DNA of 48,677 bases from Minisyncoccota bacterium (GCA_031291825.1 JARLIG010000003.1:1-48677), one strand, 5' to 3'; shown: positions 26,549-35,443, counted from the stretch's first letter. Translations and numbers: made by a program. Notes: generated by a model not told the origin, from the letters alone.

Positions 26549-26592
26549 CCAGACGTTGGACGTCTGTATGTATACAGACGTCCAACGTCTGG
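26549..26592. repeat. GACGT palindromic element, best-preserved copy (21-nt perfect arms)
   Basis: CCAGACGTTGGACGTCTGTAT-GT-ATACAGACGTCCAACGTCTGG, 15 nt after the dnaJ stop. Confidence 0.85.
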
Positions 26593-26604
26593 GATTAAAA
26601 AATA

Positions 26605-27195
26605 ATGACATTTGAAATAATAATTTTTTTCTCAGTAATAATACAATTGATCGGAGTTTCTTTTTATATAAGAGATATGCTTCGTGGCACCACAAAGCCA
26701 AACCTGGTCACATGGTCTATTTGGGCATTGGCACCACTAATCGGTTCTTGGCTCGAGTGGAAAGCAGGAGCGAGACTTTCCATTTTCCCAGTTTTTATGG
26801 CGGGTTTCAATCCACTTTTAGTTATAGCCGTTGCTTTTGTAATAAAAAAGGGATATTGGAAAATCAAAAAATTTGACGTTTTTTGTGGAGCTCTCGCAAT
26901 ATTTGCATTGATACTTTGGTTGATAACAAAAAATATTTCCATATCAGTATTGTTTGCAATTTTAAGCGATGCTTTAGCGTCTTTGCCTACACTGGCAAAA
27001 TCTTGGACAAACCCAGAGACGGAAACATTCACAGCTTATCTCGGAGGAATAATTGCAAACATCCTAGGATTGGTTGTTATAAAAAATTGGATATTTCCAG
27101 TGTATTCTCTAGGAGTATATTTTATCCTAATGAATACTCTGATTATTGCTTTTATTTTCAGGAAAAAAGTGTTATATTTCAGGAATGAAAAATAA
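26605..27195 (+). CDS. Hypothetical polytopic membrane protein (about 6 TM helices)
   Basis: Hydrophobic throughout. The two halves show a loosely similar layout. No family recognised. Confidence 0.55.
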   Translation: MTFEIIIFFSVIIQLIGVSFYIRDMLRGTTKPNLVTWSIWALAPLIGSWLEWKAGARLSIFPVFMAGFNPLLVIAVAFVIKKGYWKIKKFDVFCGALAIFALILWLITKNISISVLFAILSDALASLPTLAKSWTNPETETFTAYLGGIIANILGLVVIKNWIFPVYSLGVYFILMNTLIIAFIFRKKVLYFRNEK

Positions 27196-28126
27196 ATTTG
27201 TCACCGTGGCGGCGATTCAAAGTGCCGTGTCGGAAGACATGAATAAAAATTTAATAAAAACAGCAAAAATGGTGGAACAAGCAGCAAAAAAGGGCGCGCA
27301 GATTATTTGTCTGCAAGAGCTTTACAACACACCTTATTTTCCTCAATACCAAAAAATGAACAAAGATAAGTTTACGGAATCCATCCCTGGAAATTCTACA
27401 ACCGTGTTTAAAAAAATTGCCAAAGATTATGGAGTAGTCGTTATTGTGCCAATTTACGAAAAAGCTAAAAACAAAAAAGGCCAGTGGGAATATCACAATT
27501 CTGCAGCGGTGATTGATGAAAAAGGAAATTTACTTGATACTTATCGTAAGGTTCACATTCCACAAGACCCTGGCTTTTACGAAAAAGAATATTTCAAAGA
27601 GTCAGACATGGGTTATAAAATATATAAAACAAAATTTGCTACCTTTGCAGTATTGATTTGTTATGACCAATGGTTTCCGGAAGCAGCTCGTGCAGTCAGG
27701 CTGGAGGGCGCAGAATTAATTTTTTATCCGACAGCCATCGGAAATATTATCGGCTATAATGCCGAAGGGGATTGGCATGATGCTTGGGAAGTTTCCCAGC
27801 GGGCACATGCGATTGCTAATAGTCTTTATGTCGTGGGGGTTAATCGCATAGGCAAAGAAGGCAAAATGCAATTTTTTGGACAATCTTTTGTTTCTGACCC
27901 ATTTGGAAAAATACTGAAACGAGCTAGTAAAAATAAAGACGAAATTCTAGTTGTCAAAATAGATTTGGAAAGAAATAAATTTTATTCCGAAGGCTGGGGA
28001 TTTTTACGCAATCGCCGTCCAGAAACTTATAAAACTCTGACATCTAATAAATTTATAGAAAAATCAAAAGCTTTGAAAAAAGTGGAACACTATACACAGA
28101 TGAAAAAGGCTCTAGGCGAGAAATAA
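27185..28126 (+). CDS. aguB: N-carbamoylputrescine amidase (carbon-nitrogen hydrolase)
   Basis: VAAIQ, catalytic Cys context VLICYDQWFPEAAR, YPTAIG. The start is moved to ATG 27185 (MKNKFVTVAAIQ). Confidence 0.8.
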   Translation: MKNKFVTVAAIQSAVSEDMNKNLIKTAKMVEQAAKKGAQIICLQELYNTPYFPQYQKMNKDKFTESIPGNSTTVFKKIAKDYGVVVIVPIYEKAKNKKGQWEYHNSAAVIDEKGNLLDTYRKVHIPQDPGFYEKEYFKESDMGYKIYKTKFATFAVLICYDQWFPEAARAVRLEGAELIFYPTAIGNIIGYNAEGDWHDAWEVSQRAHAIANSLYVVGVNRIGKEGKMQFFGQSFVSDPFGKILKRASKNKDEILVVKIDLERNKFYSEGWGFLRNRRPETYKTLTSNKFIEKSKALKKVEHYTQMKKALGEK

Positions 28127-28142
28127 AAAATATAAATAAAAA

Positions 28143-29129
28143 ATGGACGATACTTCTAAAAAAATAAATCGGATGCCGGCTGAGTGGGAAGCTCACAATG
28201 CAGTCTGGCTCGCTTGGCCTTACGACCAGGTTACTTTTGGCTCTCTAAATCAGAAAGATGACAAGCTAGACGAAGGAAGGCTCAAAAGAGTCGAGGAAAC
28301 TTTTTCTAAAATACTTTCTGCCTTAGAAACTAGCGAGAAAGTAAAATTGATTACCAAAGATATGGCTGATTATGCCGATGTTTGGACTAGGGATTATATG
28401 CCTTCTTTCATTAAAGACGCAGATGGAAAACTTAAAGCTGTAAAATGGATTTACAATGCTTATGGGGAAAAATTTAGCGACCTCTTAAAAGATAATGATG
28501 TCTGGACTGAAATCAATAAAGATTTAAATATTGAAACTGTTAATCCAAATATAATTATGGAGTCTGGCGCGATTGATGTGAATGGTGCTGGAATGCTTTT
28601 GACGACTGAGCAATGTTTGTTAAAAAGAAATCCTAACTTAAGTAAAGCAGAAATTGAAAAATTTTTCTCTGAATATTTAGGTGTTAATAAAGTTATTTGG
28701 CTAAAAGCTGGTTTAGTAAATGACCACACCGATGGGCATATTGATGAGATAGCTAGATTTGTGGCGCCGAATAAAATAGTTTGTGCTTATGAAGAAAATC
28801 CAAACGAAGAAAATTTCAAAATTCTTGATGATAATTACCAAATGTTAAAGAATGCAACTGATATAAATGGTAAAAACTTTGAAGTCATTAAACTTCCAAT
28901 GCCGCATATGGTTTACGACAATGGTGTGGCATCTCCAGCTTCTTATGCCAATTTTTATATTGGTAACAAAGTTGTATTAGCGTCTATTTTTAATGACCCG
29001 AATGACGCCAAGGCTCTAGAAATTATTCAATCTTGTTTTCCAGACCACAAAATTATCGGAATTAATTGCAGTGAAATAATTTACGGCGGTGGAGCGATTC
29101 ATTGCATCACCCAGCAAGAGCCTAGTTAA
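28143..29129 (+). CDS. aguA: Agmatine deiminase
   Basis: MPAEWEAHNAVWLAWP, DHTDGHID, GGGAIHCITQQEP. Confidence 0.85.
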   Translation: MDDTSKKINRMPAEWEAHNAVWLAWPYDQVTFGSLNQKDDKLDEGRLKRVEETFSKILSALETSEKVKLITKDMADYADVWTRDYMPSFIKDADGKLKAVKWIYNAYGEKFSDLLKDNDVWTEINKDLNIETVNPNIIMESGAIDVNGAGMLLTTEQCLLKRNPNLSKAEIEKFFSEYLGVNKVIWLKAGLVNDHTDGHIDEIARFVAPNKIVCAYEENPNEENFKILDDNYQMLKNATDINGKNFEVIKLPMPHMVYDNGVASPASYANFYIGNKVVLASIFNDPNDAKALEIIQSCFPDHKIIGINCSEIIYGGGAIHCITQQEPS

Positions 29130-30508
29130 ATCTTTTTAAAAAAGTTGGAAGATTCTATTTTTGTTATTTTATATCCATTTTCGTCATCTCTTATCAAATA
29201 TCCCAATAGAGATATCTCGTTTCGTAGTTCATCTGATTTTTTGAAATCTTTATTTTTACGAGCCTGTTCGCGCTCTTCGGCAAGTTTAGTGACTTCGTGG
29301 GGAATAACATCCTTTTTTAAATTATCAAATCCAAGTCCTAGAACTTTATCAAAATCAAGAACTGTCGCTCTTTTATCACCGTTCGACATATTTTCATCTT
29401 TCATTACATCCCATAACAAAGTTAATGCACGGGGAGTATCTAAGTCGTCTTCCAAATATTCTTTGAACTTATTTTGATATTCTTTGTGGATGTGCCCATA
29501 TTCATTTCCGAGCTCTAAATAAAGCCCATAGAGGCGTTTTAAGGCTGTTTCTGCGCCTTCTACAGCTTCCCATACAAAGTTTATTCTAGTGCGGTAATTT
29601 GCCATTAAAAGCCAAAATCTATATGCGAGTGGATTTATGTCTTTAGCTATTAAGTCTCTCAAGGTATAAAAATTTTGTGCCGACTTAGACATTTTTTTTT
29701 GGTCAACTAAAACCCATTCGTTGTGCATCCAGTATTTTACAAATTGTTTTCCTGTTGATCCTTCCGATTGGGCTATTTCGTTTTCATGATGTGGAAATAT
29801 ATTATCTACTCCACCAGTATGTATATCTATCTGTTCTCCTAAATTAGCCATGGACATTGCAGAACATTCAATATGCCAACCAGGTCTTCCTTTACCAAGT
29901 TCTGTCTCCCAAAAAACATCACCATCTTTTTCATCCCAAGCTTTCCAAAGAGCGAAATCTTGAGCATTATCTTTTTCATATTCATCTGTCTTTATTCTGC
30001 CAGACGCATTTTCTTTTTGTTCTTCAATTACTAAATGCGAAAGTTTCCCATAATTTTTAAATTTTTTAATATCAAAATAAATAGAGCCATCGGCGCTTTT
30101 GTAAGCTAGACGATTGTCTAAAAGTTTTTTGATGATTGCCACCATTTCGTTTATATAACTAGTAGCCTTGGTAAGTTTTGTTGGAAGTTCTATATTTAAA
30201 GATTTTATGTCTTTTAAAAATTCTGCCGTGTAAAATTCTGTAAAATCTTTTAGTGTTTTATGTTCCTTTTGTGAGTCACGAATGGTTTTATCATCAATAT
30301 CAGTAATATTCATTATATGGTTAACTTTATAACCTTCATATTGTAAAACTCTTTTTAAAGTATCAGCAAAAATATAGGCTCTATAGTTTCCAATATGCGG
30401 GTAATTGTAAACTGTCGGTCCGCAAGAATAAAAGCCTACATTCGGAGGATTGATTGGAACAAAAATTTCTTTTTCTCGGCTTAGGGTATTGTAAAATTTT
30501 AAAGCCAT
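29126..30508 (-). CDS. cysS: Cysteine--tRNA ligase
   Basis: CGPTVYNYPHIGN (HIGH-type), KMSKS, and WHIECS in the zinc-binding region. Confidence 0.93.
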   Translation of the reverse strand: MALKFYNTLSREKEIFVPINPPNVGFYSCGPTVYNYPHIGNYRAYIFADTLKRVLQYEGYKVNHIMNITDIDDKTIRDSQKEHKTLKDFTEFYTAEFLKDIKSLNIELPTKLTKATSYINEMVAIIKKLLDNRLAYKSADGSIYFDIKKFKNYGKLSHLVIEEQKENASGRIKTDEYEKDNAQDFALWKAWDEKDGDVFWETELGKGRPGWHIECSAMSMANLGEQIDIHTGGVDNIFPHHENEIAQSEGSTGKQFVKYWMHNEWVLVDQKKMSKSAQNFYTLRDLIAKDINPLAYRFWLLMANYRTRINFVWEAVEGAETALKRLYGLYLELGNEYGHIHKEYQNKFKEYLEDDLDTPRALTLLWDVMKDENMSNGDKRATVLDFDKVLGLGFDNLKKDVIPHEVTKLAEEREQARKNKDFKKSDELRNEISLLGYLIRDDENGYKITKIESSNFFKKI

Positions 30509-30509
30509 G

Positions 30510-31517
30510 TTATTTAAATTCTTTCTGATATATTTCGGTCAAAGTATAAAGCAAGCTGACAGTTAGGGGTCCGATTAAAATACCAAGAGGTCCCAATAAG
30601 GATATACCTCCCAAGACAGAAAAGAGAATCAAAAATGGAGGAACATCTATCCTGTGTCCTACGATGTATGGATTTAACACATTGTCTCCAGTTCCGACGA
30701 TTAAGATTGCCCAAATCAAGAAGCCAATCGCGAGGCCTGTGTGTCCAGAAAAGAAAAGGAAAAACACTGCGGGTACGGAAACGACGGCTGTGCCGAGTGG
30801 GGGGATGATGGCCGCGATTCCAGCGATAACTGCCCAAATTGCCGGATTGGGCACACGGAAAATAGTTAGCCCAACGCCCATCAAAGTTCCTTGGATGAAA
30901 GCAATCAAAAGATATCCCTTCAAGACACCGTTGATGGTGTGAGAAAGTTTTGTAAGAATTTTTTCGTCCGCACTACTAGAAAGGGGACTCAGGCGAAGCA
31001 ATGTTTCTTTCCAACTTTCTCCATCTTTTAAAAAATAAAAAATACTAAGAAGCAACAAGATAAATGAGAATAAGGTAGAAATAGTCGTACTAAAGATCGT
31101 GGCGATATTGTCTGTGATAAATGAAACAAAAGCTGAGAGTTTTTCATTGATATCAAAAGAGACACCGTTTGGTAAAAATTGATTAATTTTTATTCCAATA
31201 GAATTTACAAAAGGAGTCACGTTACCGTTACCGATGACTGAATGATAAAGATTTTGTGATTGATTGAAAACGATAGAGCCAATTGCAAAAAGTGGAATAC
31301 ACAAAACAATTATAAAAAATAATACAGACAATAGTGATGCGAGCCAGTTAGGAAAATGTTTTTTCTCGAACCATTTAAAGACAGGGTAAAGTACGATGGA
31401 AAAAGAAGCTCCAAGTATTAATACTATCCAAAAAGGACGAAAAATAAAAAAAGCAAAAATAAGGGTAATAGACAACAAGCTAAAGAAAAAATACTTCTCA
31501 ATAATTTTTGGTTGCAT
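30510..31517 (-). CDS. AI-2E family (PerM-like) transporter
   Basis: Polytopic membrane protein with the typical C-terminal GPLGILIGPL region. The start is moved to ATG 31517 (MQPKIIEKY) because the longer ORF overlaps rplU and its promoter. Confidence 0.7.
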   Translation of the reverse strand: MQPKIIEKYFFFSLLSITLIFAFFIFRPFWIVLILGASFSIVLYPVFKWFEKKHFPNWLASLLSVLFFIIVLCIPLFAIGSIVFNQSQNLYHSVIGNGNVTPFVNSIGIKINQFLPNGVSFDINEKLSAFVSFITDNIATIFSTTISTLFSFILLLLSIFYFLKDGESWKETLLRLSPLSSSADEKILTKLSHTINGVLKGYLLIAFIQGTLMGVGLTIFRVPNPAIWAVIAGIAAIIPPLGTAVVSVPAVFFLFFSGHTGLAIGFLIWAILIVGTGDNVLNPYIVGHRIDVPPFLILFSVLGGISLLGPLGILIGPLTVSLLYTLTEIYQKEFK

Positions 31518-31577
31518 ATGCCTATAAGTATAACTTATCCTTGCATTTTTGTGAAATATCGTATAATATAAGCCTAT

Positions 31578-31904
31578 ATGAATAAAGAGGAATTTGCGGT
31601 CATTTTTACAGGCGGAAAACAATACAAAGTCTCGGAAGGAGGCCTTGTTTCTATTGAGAAAATTATCGGAGAATACAAGAAAGGCGACAAACTTTCATTT
31701 GATAAGGTTTTATTGGTTGATGACGGTAAAGATACTACCATCGGAACTCCTTACATCAAAGGCGCTAAAGTTGACGCAGAAATCGTAGAAATCGGCCGTG
31801 CTCGCAAAGTTATGGTTGTTAAATATAAACAAAAGTCTCGATACCTAAAACGCAACGGTCATCGCCAGCCCTTCTTTCAAGTAAAAATTACTTCTATAAA
31901 ATAA
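31578..31904 (+). CDS. rplU: 50S ribosomal protein L21
   Basis: FAVIFTGGKQYKVSEG...GHRQPFFQVKI. Confidence 0.92.
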   Translation: MNKEEFAVIFTGGKQYKVSEGGLVSIEKIIGEYKKGDKLSFDKVLLVDDGKDTTIGTPYIKGAKVDAEIVEIGRARKVMVVKYKQKSRYLKRNGHRQPFFQVKITSIK

Positions 31905-31909
31905 AAAAT

Positions 31910-31935
31910 TCCCCGACTAAAATCGGGGATTTTTT
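31910..31935 (+). terminator. Rho-independent terminator after rplU
   Basis: TCCCCGA-CTAAAA-TCGGGGA followed by TTTTTT. Confidence 0.8.
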
Positions 31936-31936
31936 G

Positions 31937-31945
31937 TGCTAGTAT
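31937..31945 (+). promoter_or_regulatory. Extended -10 TGcTAGTAT, 6 nt upstream of ATG 31952
   Basis: TGCTAGTAT-atattt-ATG. Confidence 0.5.
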
Positions 31946-31951
31946 ATATTT

Positions 31952-32320
31952 ATGAAAATAATTTTTATTGCAGGAGCATATATTGGAGACGGTAAAAGTG
32001 AAACGATTGAGCACAATATAAGAGAAGCGGAAAAATACGCGATAGCTTTAGCGAATGAGAGAATTGGATTTTTCTGTCCACACAAACATACAGAACATTT
32101 CAGTAGCGAAGGGAAAGCCACAGCTCCTGAGGAATTTTATTATGATCTAGATTTTCATTTTCTAACACATATTGCTGATGCTGTTTTGGTTGTGCCAGGT
32201 TGGGAAAACTCAAATGGAACAAAAAGGGAATTAGCGTGGGTCAACGAAAAAGGAATGAAAATTTTCTATCCCAAAGACCCGACTGATATTGAAGATGTGG
32301 TGAATTGGGCGAAAGAATAA
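31952..32320 (+). CDS. Nucleoside 2-deoxyribosyltransferase-like small protein (DUF4406/DUF1937-type)
   Basis: MKIIFIAGAY...ADAVLVVPGWENSNGTKRELAW pattern. Confidence 0.45.
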   Translation: MKIIFIAGAYIGDGKSETIEHNIREAEKYAIALANERIGFFCPHKHTEHFSSEGKATAPEEFYYDLDFHFLTHIADAVLVVPGWENSNGTKRELAWVNEKGMKIFYPKDPTDIEDVVNWAKE

Positions 32321-32322
32321 AT

Positions 32323-32931
32323 TTACTGTCTATTTTTCAGGGCATTTTTAAGAGTGTCGTTGTCCGAATATTCGAGTTCCGTGCCAGTGGAAAGTCCTTT
32401 GCCGAGAGAAGAAATTTTTACATTTTGTTTTTCAGCTAATTCTTTGAGTTCATTGCGTACGTATGTGTCGGTGTGGTCTCCTTGTGGACTCAATGAGAAA
32501 GCTAGGATGATTTCTTGCAAGTGATTTTTTTTGACTCTTTCTTTTAATTCCTCAATTCGAACTCGGCTTTTAGTATTTTTTTCCACGATTGGTACAAGTC
32601 CGCCTAAGATAAAATATTTTCCGCCGTAAACCCTGCTTTTGCGAATACTTTCCAAATCGGAATCTTTTTCCACAATCATCAATACAGAAGAATCAATGTT
32701 CGTGTTAGCGCAGATGTCGCAAAGTTTTTCTTTGTTTTTGTTTAAAATAAAGAACCGAAAGCATTCTTTACACTGCGCAACTTCTTTTTTTAAATCCAAA
32801 ATCAGAGCAGACAAGTTTTCGTTATAAGCTCCATTTCGAGACATCAGGAAATACACAAAACGTCTAGCTTGTCTTTCACCGATGCCAGGGAATTCTTTAA
32901 AAACTTCAGTTAATTTATCGATTATATCCAT
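32323..32931 (-). CDS. recR: Recombination protein RecR
   Basis: HhH FPGIGERQARRF, Cys4 finger CKECFRF...CDIC, Toprim domain. Confidence 0.9.
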   Translation of the reverse strand: MDIIDKLTEVFKEFPGIGERQARRFVYFLMSRNGAYNENLSALILDLKKEVAQCKECFRFFILNKNKEKLCDICANTNIDSSVLMIVEKDSDLESIRKSRVYGGKYFILGGLVPIVEKNTKSRVRIEELKERVKKNHLQEIILAFSLSPQGDHTDTYVRNELKELAEKQNVKISSLGKGLSTGTELEYSDNDTLKNALKNRQ

Positions 32932-32939
32932 GGTTGGTT

Positions 32940-32948
32940 ATTATACCA
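32940..32948 (-). promoter_or_regulatory. Extended -10 TGgTATAAT, 8 nt upstream of recR ATG
   Basis: Minus strand reads TGGTATAAT-aaccaacc-ATG. Confidence 0.5.
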
Positions 32949-33001
32949 CCCCCTCCGCCTTTGGCACCTCCCCCTTAATAAGGGGGAGGAAGGGTGGGGG
33001 T
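32946..33001. repeat. Nested G/C-tract palindrome between dnaB and recR (likely dnaB terminator hairpin)
   Basis: Inner stem CCTCCCCC-TTAATAA-GGGGGAGG (32966-32988). The outer arms are imperfect: CACCCCCTCC and GGGTGGGGGTG. Confidence 0.6.
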
Positions 33002-33004
33002 GAA

Positions 33005-34399
33005 CTAGAACTCGTCTAGTTCACCGCTTATCTTCGATGGAGCGAAGTCGCTTAGACTACTTTTTTCCAGATTTAAGAAAGTAGTGGTTTTTTCATCAAA
33101 GTACAGGTCAACTTTTCCAGTCGGTCCGTTGCGGTGCTTTTCAATCAAGATTTCCGCGATGTTTGTCCTTTCAGATTCATCTTTTCCTTTATCTTCACGG
33201 TGAATAAACATAACGACGTCGGCGTCCTGTTCGATAGAGCCTGAATCGCGGAGGTCGGAAAGGCGAGGCTTACCACCGCGAGATTCCACGGCACGGGAGA
33301 GCTGTGAAAGAGCAAGCACAGGAACATCTAATTCTTTTGCTAAACTTTTTAGAGACCTGGAAATTTCGGTCACTTGGTTGACCATTGAGTCATAATTTTT
33401 AGAAGTGGTCATGAGCTGTAGGTAGTCGACGACGATAAGGTCGACACCTTTTTCGGCTTTTAGTCTACGAGCCAAAGCTTTCATGCGTACGATAGAATTT
33501 CCAGCTTGGTCATCAATAAAAATTTTAGCCTTAGCGAGTTTATCTAGTGAATCTCGAAGTTGAGAGAATTCTCGGTCTGAAGAAAGATTGCCGGTACGTA
33601 GATTCCAAGCATTTACGCGAGATTGCGCAGAGAGCATTCTGTCGACAAGTTGCTGGGAAGACATTTCCAAAGAAAATATTAAAACAGACTTGTCGTGATT
33701 CACGGCAGCCAATCGGGAGATATCAAGTGCTAAGGTGGTTTTACCCATACTTGGTCTGGCCGCCAAAATAATTAAATCAGAATTTTGTAAACCAGAGAGC
33801 ATAGTGTCTAATTCTTTAAATCCGGTCGGCAGACCACGAAGCATTCCTTTGTGTTCGTGTAATTTTTCCATACGCTCATAAGCTTCCGGCAGGGCATCTT
33901 TCAGGTTTACATACTTTTGATTTTTTGGACTAGAGACAACACCGAAAATTTTCTTTTCTGCCATGTCTAAAATATCATCCATGTGGTCATCGCCTTCTTC
34001 AAAGGCAAGTTCGGAAACATAATCTGCTGCTTCAATCAAACTTCGCAACACATATTTTTTTTGTACGATGTCAGCATAGTGTTTGACGTTAGTGGAAGAG
34101 GGAACAATGTTTACAATCTCTGCGAGATATTGATTTCCACCAACTGATTCCAGAAACTTTTGTTCACTTAATTTTGTAGAAAGCGAAAGCATGTCTATCG
34201 GTTCATTTTTGACAGACAAGTCTAACATCGCTTGAAAAATCTTTTTATGCTTTTCAACATAGAAAGAATCTGCGGTAATAGCATCTTCCACTTCGTGCAT
34301 AGCGTCCTTACGTAGCATAATAGAGCCCAAAACTGCTTGTTCGGAAGGGATGCTTTGGGGTGGAATGCGCAAGTTACTATTTTTATTTGTCTTTACCAT
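33005..34399 (-). CDS. dnaB: Replicative DNA helicase DnaB
   Basis: N-terminal PPQSIPSEQAVLGSIM, Walker A AARPSMGKTT, and the RecA-like C-terminal domain. Confidence 0.95.
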   Translation of the reverse strand: MVKTNKNSNLRIPPQSIPSEQAVLGSIMLRKDAMHEVEDAITADSFYVEKHKKIFQAMLDLSVKNEPIDMLSLSTKLSEQKFLESVGGNQYLAEIVNIVPSSTNVKHYADIVQKKYVLRSLIEAADYVSELAFEEGDDHMDDILDMAEKKIFGVVSSPKNQKYVNLKDALPEAYERMEKLHEHKGMLRGLPTGFKELDTMLSGLQNSDLIILAARPSMGKTTLALDISRLAAVNHDKSVLIFSLEMSSQQLVDRMLSAQSRVNAWNLRTGNLSSDREFSQLRDSLDKLAKAKIFIDDQAGNSIVRMKALARRLKAEKGVDLIVVDYLQLMTTSKNYDSMVNQVTEISRSLKSLAKELDVPVLALSQLSRAVESRGGKPRLSDLRDSGSIEQDADVVMFIHREDKGKDESERTNIAEILIEKHRNGPTGKVDLYFDEKTTTFLNLEKSSLSDFAPSKISGELDEF

Positions 34400-34405
34400 G
34401 AAGCC

Positions 34406-34432
34406 ATTCTAGCATAATGAAATAATTGTCAA
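34406..34432 (-). promoter_or_regulatory. dnaB promoter: TTGACA-N15-TAGAAT (extended TGc), 6 nt upstream of ATG
   Basis: Minus strand reads TTGACAattatttcattaTGcTAGAAT-ggcttc-ATG. Confidence 0.55.
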
Positions 34433-34477
34433 AGCTGAAAAGTGAGCAAAGATGTTCTTAATATGGGGATAAAAATA

Positions 34478-34486
34478 TGCTATTAT
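34478..34486 (+). promoter_or_regulatory. Extended -10 TGcTATTAT, 6 nt upstream of trpS ATG 34493
   Basis: TGCTATTAT-ataaat-ATG. Confidence 0.5.
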
Positions 34487-34492
34487 ATAAAT

Positions 34493-35443
34493 ATGTCTAA
34501 AAAGTTATTTTTGTCAGGATTGCAACCTTCTGGAAAACCACATATTGGCAACTATTTTGGGGCCATGAAGCAATTCGTCGATTTACAGAATGAGCATGAC
34601 GGTTTTGTTTTTATCGCTGATTATCATGCTTTGCATTCCTTGAGAAATCCGAAGGAAATGAATGAAAATATTAAGGGTGTCTTGCTTGATTATTTAGCAA
34701 TCGGCTTAGATCCTAAAAAAGTTACACTATTCAAACAGAGTGATATTTCTGAACATACCGAGCTTACTTGGATTTTTGACACTGTCACAACTATGCCGTT
34801 CTTAATGCGAGCACATGCTTTTAAAGATGCTGAAGCGAAGAATAAAGAAATTGATGTTGGAACTTTTAATTATCCCGTATTAATGGCTGCGGATATTTTA
34901 CTTTATGCTCCAGATTTAGTACCCGTTGGAGCTGACCAAAAACAACACGTAGAAATAGCTCGCGATATAGCAGAAAAATTTAATAATACTTATGGAGCAA
35001 CTTTTAAGTTGCCAGAGCCAATGATATTAAAAGAGGTGGCGGTGGTGCCTGGAACTGATGGCAGAAAAATGAGTAAGAGTTACGGAAACACTATTCCACT
35101 TTTTGCTGAATACGAAGAAATAAAAAAATGCGTGATGAGTATCGTTACCGATTCAAGTGGTGGAATTCCACAAAATGTTTATGCGATTCACAAACTTGTA
35201 CGTTCCGAGGCTGAATTGAAAAAAATTTATGAAGAAAAAGCAGGGAAGTATAAAGAACTCAAAGAATTATTGGTTGAAGATTTGGAAAAATTTATCGCTC
35301 CACTTCGAGAAAAAAGAAAAGAGTTTGCAAAAGATATTCCTAAAGCACTTACGATACTGAAAGAGGGTGGTGAAAAAGCAAAATTAATCGCTTCGAAAAA
35401 AATGGACGAAGTTCGTGAAAAAATTGGCGTAAAAGTTTATTAA
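34493..35443 (+). CDS. trpS: Tryptophan--tRNA ligase
   Basis: SGLQPSGKPHIGNYFG (HIGH-type), GADQKQH, KMSKS. The start is moved to ATG 34493. Confidence 0.92.
   Translation: MSKKLFLSGLQPSGKPHIGNYFGAMKQFVDLQNEHDGFVFIADYHALHSLRNPKEMNENIKGVLLDYLAIGLDPKKVTLFKQSDISEHTELTWIFDTVTTMPFLMRAHAFKDAEAKNKEIDVGTFNYPVLMAADILLYAPDLVPVGADQKQHVEIARDIAEKFNNTYGATFKLPEPMILKEVAVVPGTDGRKMSKSYGNTIPLFAEYEEIKKCVMSIVTDSSGGIPQNVYAIHKLVRSEAELKKIYEEKAGKYKELKELLVEDLEKFIAPLREKRKEFAKDIPKALTILKEGGEKAKLIASKKMDEVREKIGVKVY

Noticed and set aside
27146-27184. Upstream ATG 27146 as the aguB start, and ATG 34442 for trpS
   Set aside because: The extensions (MLLFSGKKCYISG; MSKDVLNMGIKICYYIN) precede the conserved N-termini. For trpS the extension would contain the -10 box. 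For aguB it would deepen the overlap with the membrane-protein gene.
31518-31622. 35-codon N-terminal extension of the AI-2E transporter ORF
   Set aside because: It would overlap the rplU start and its promoter on the other strand. The extension is not hydrophobic or conserved-looking. The internal ATG 31517 is preceded by TATACT.
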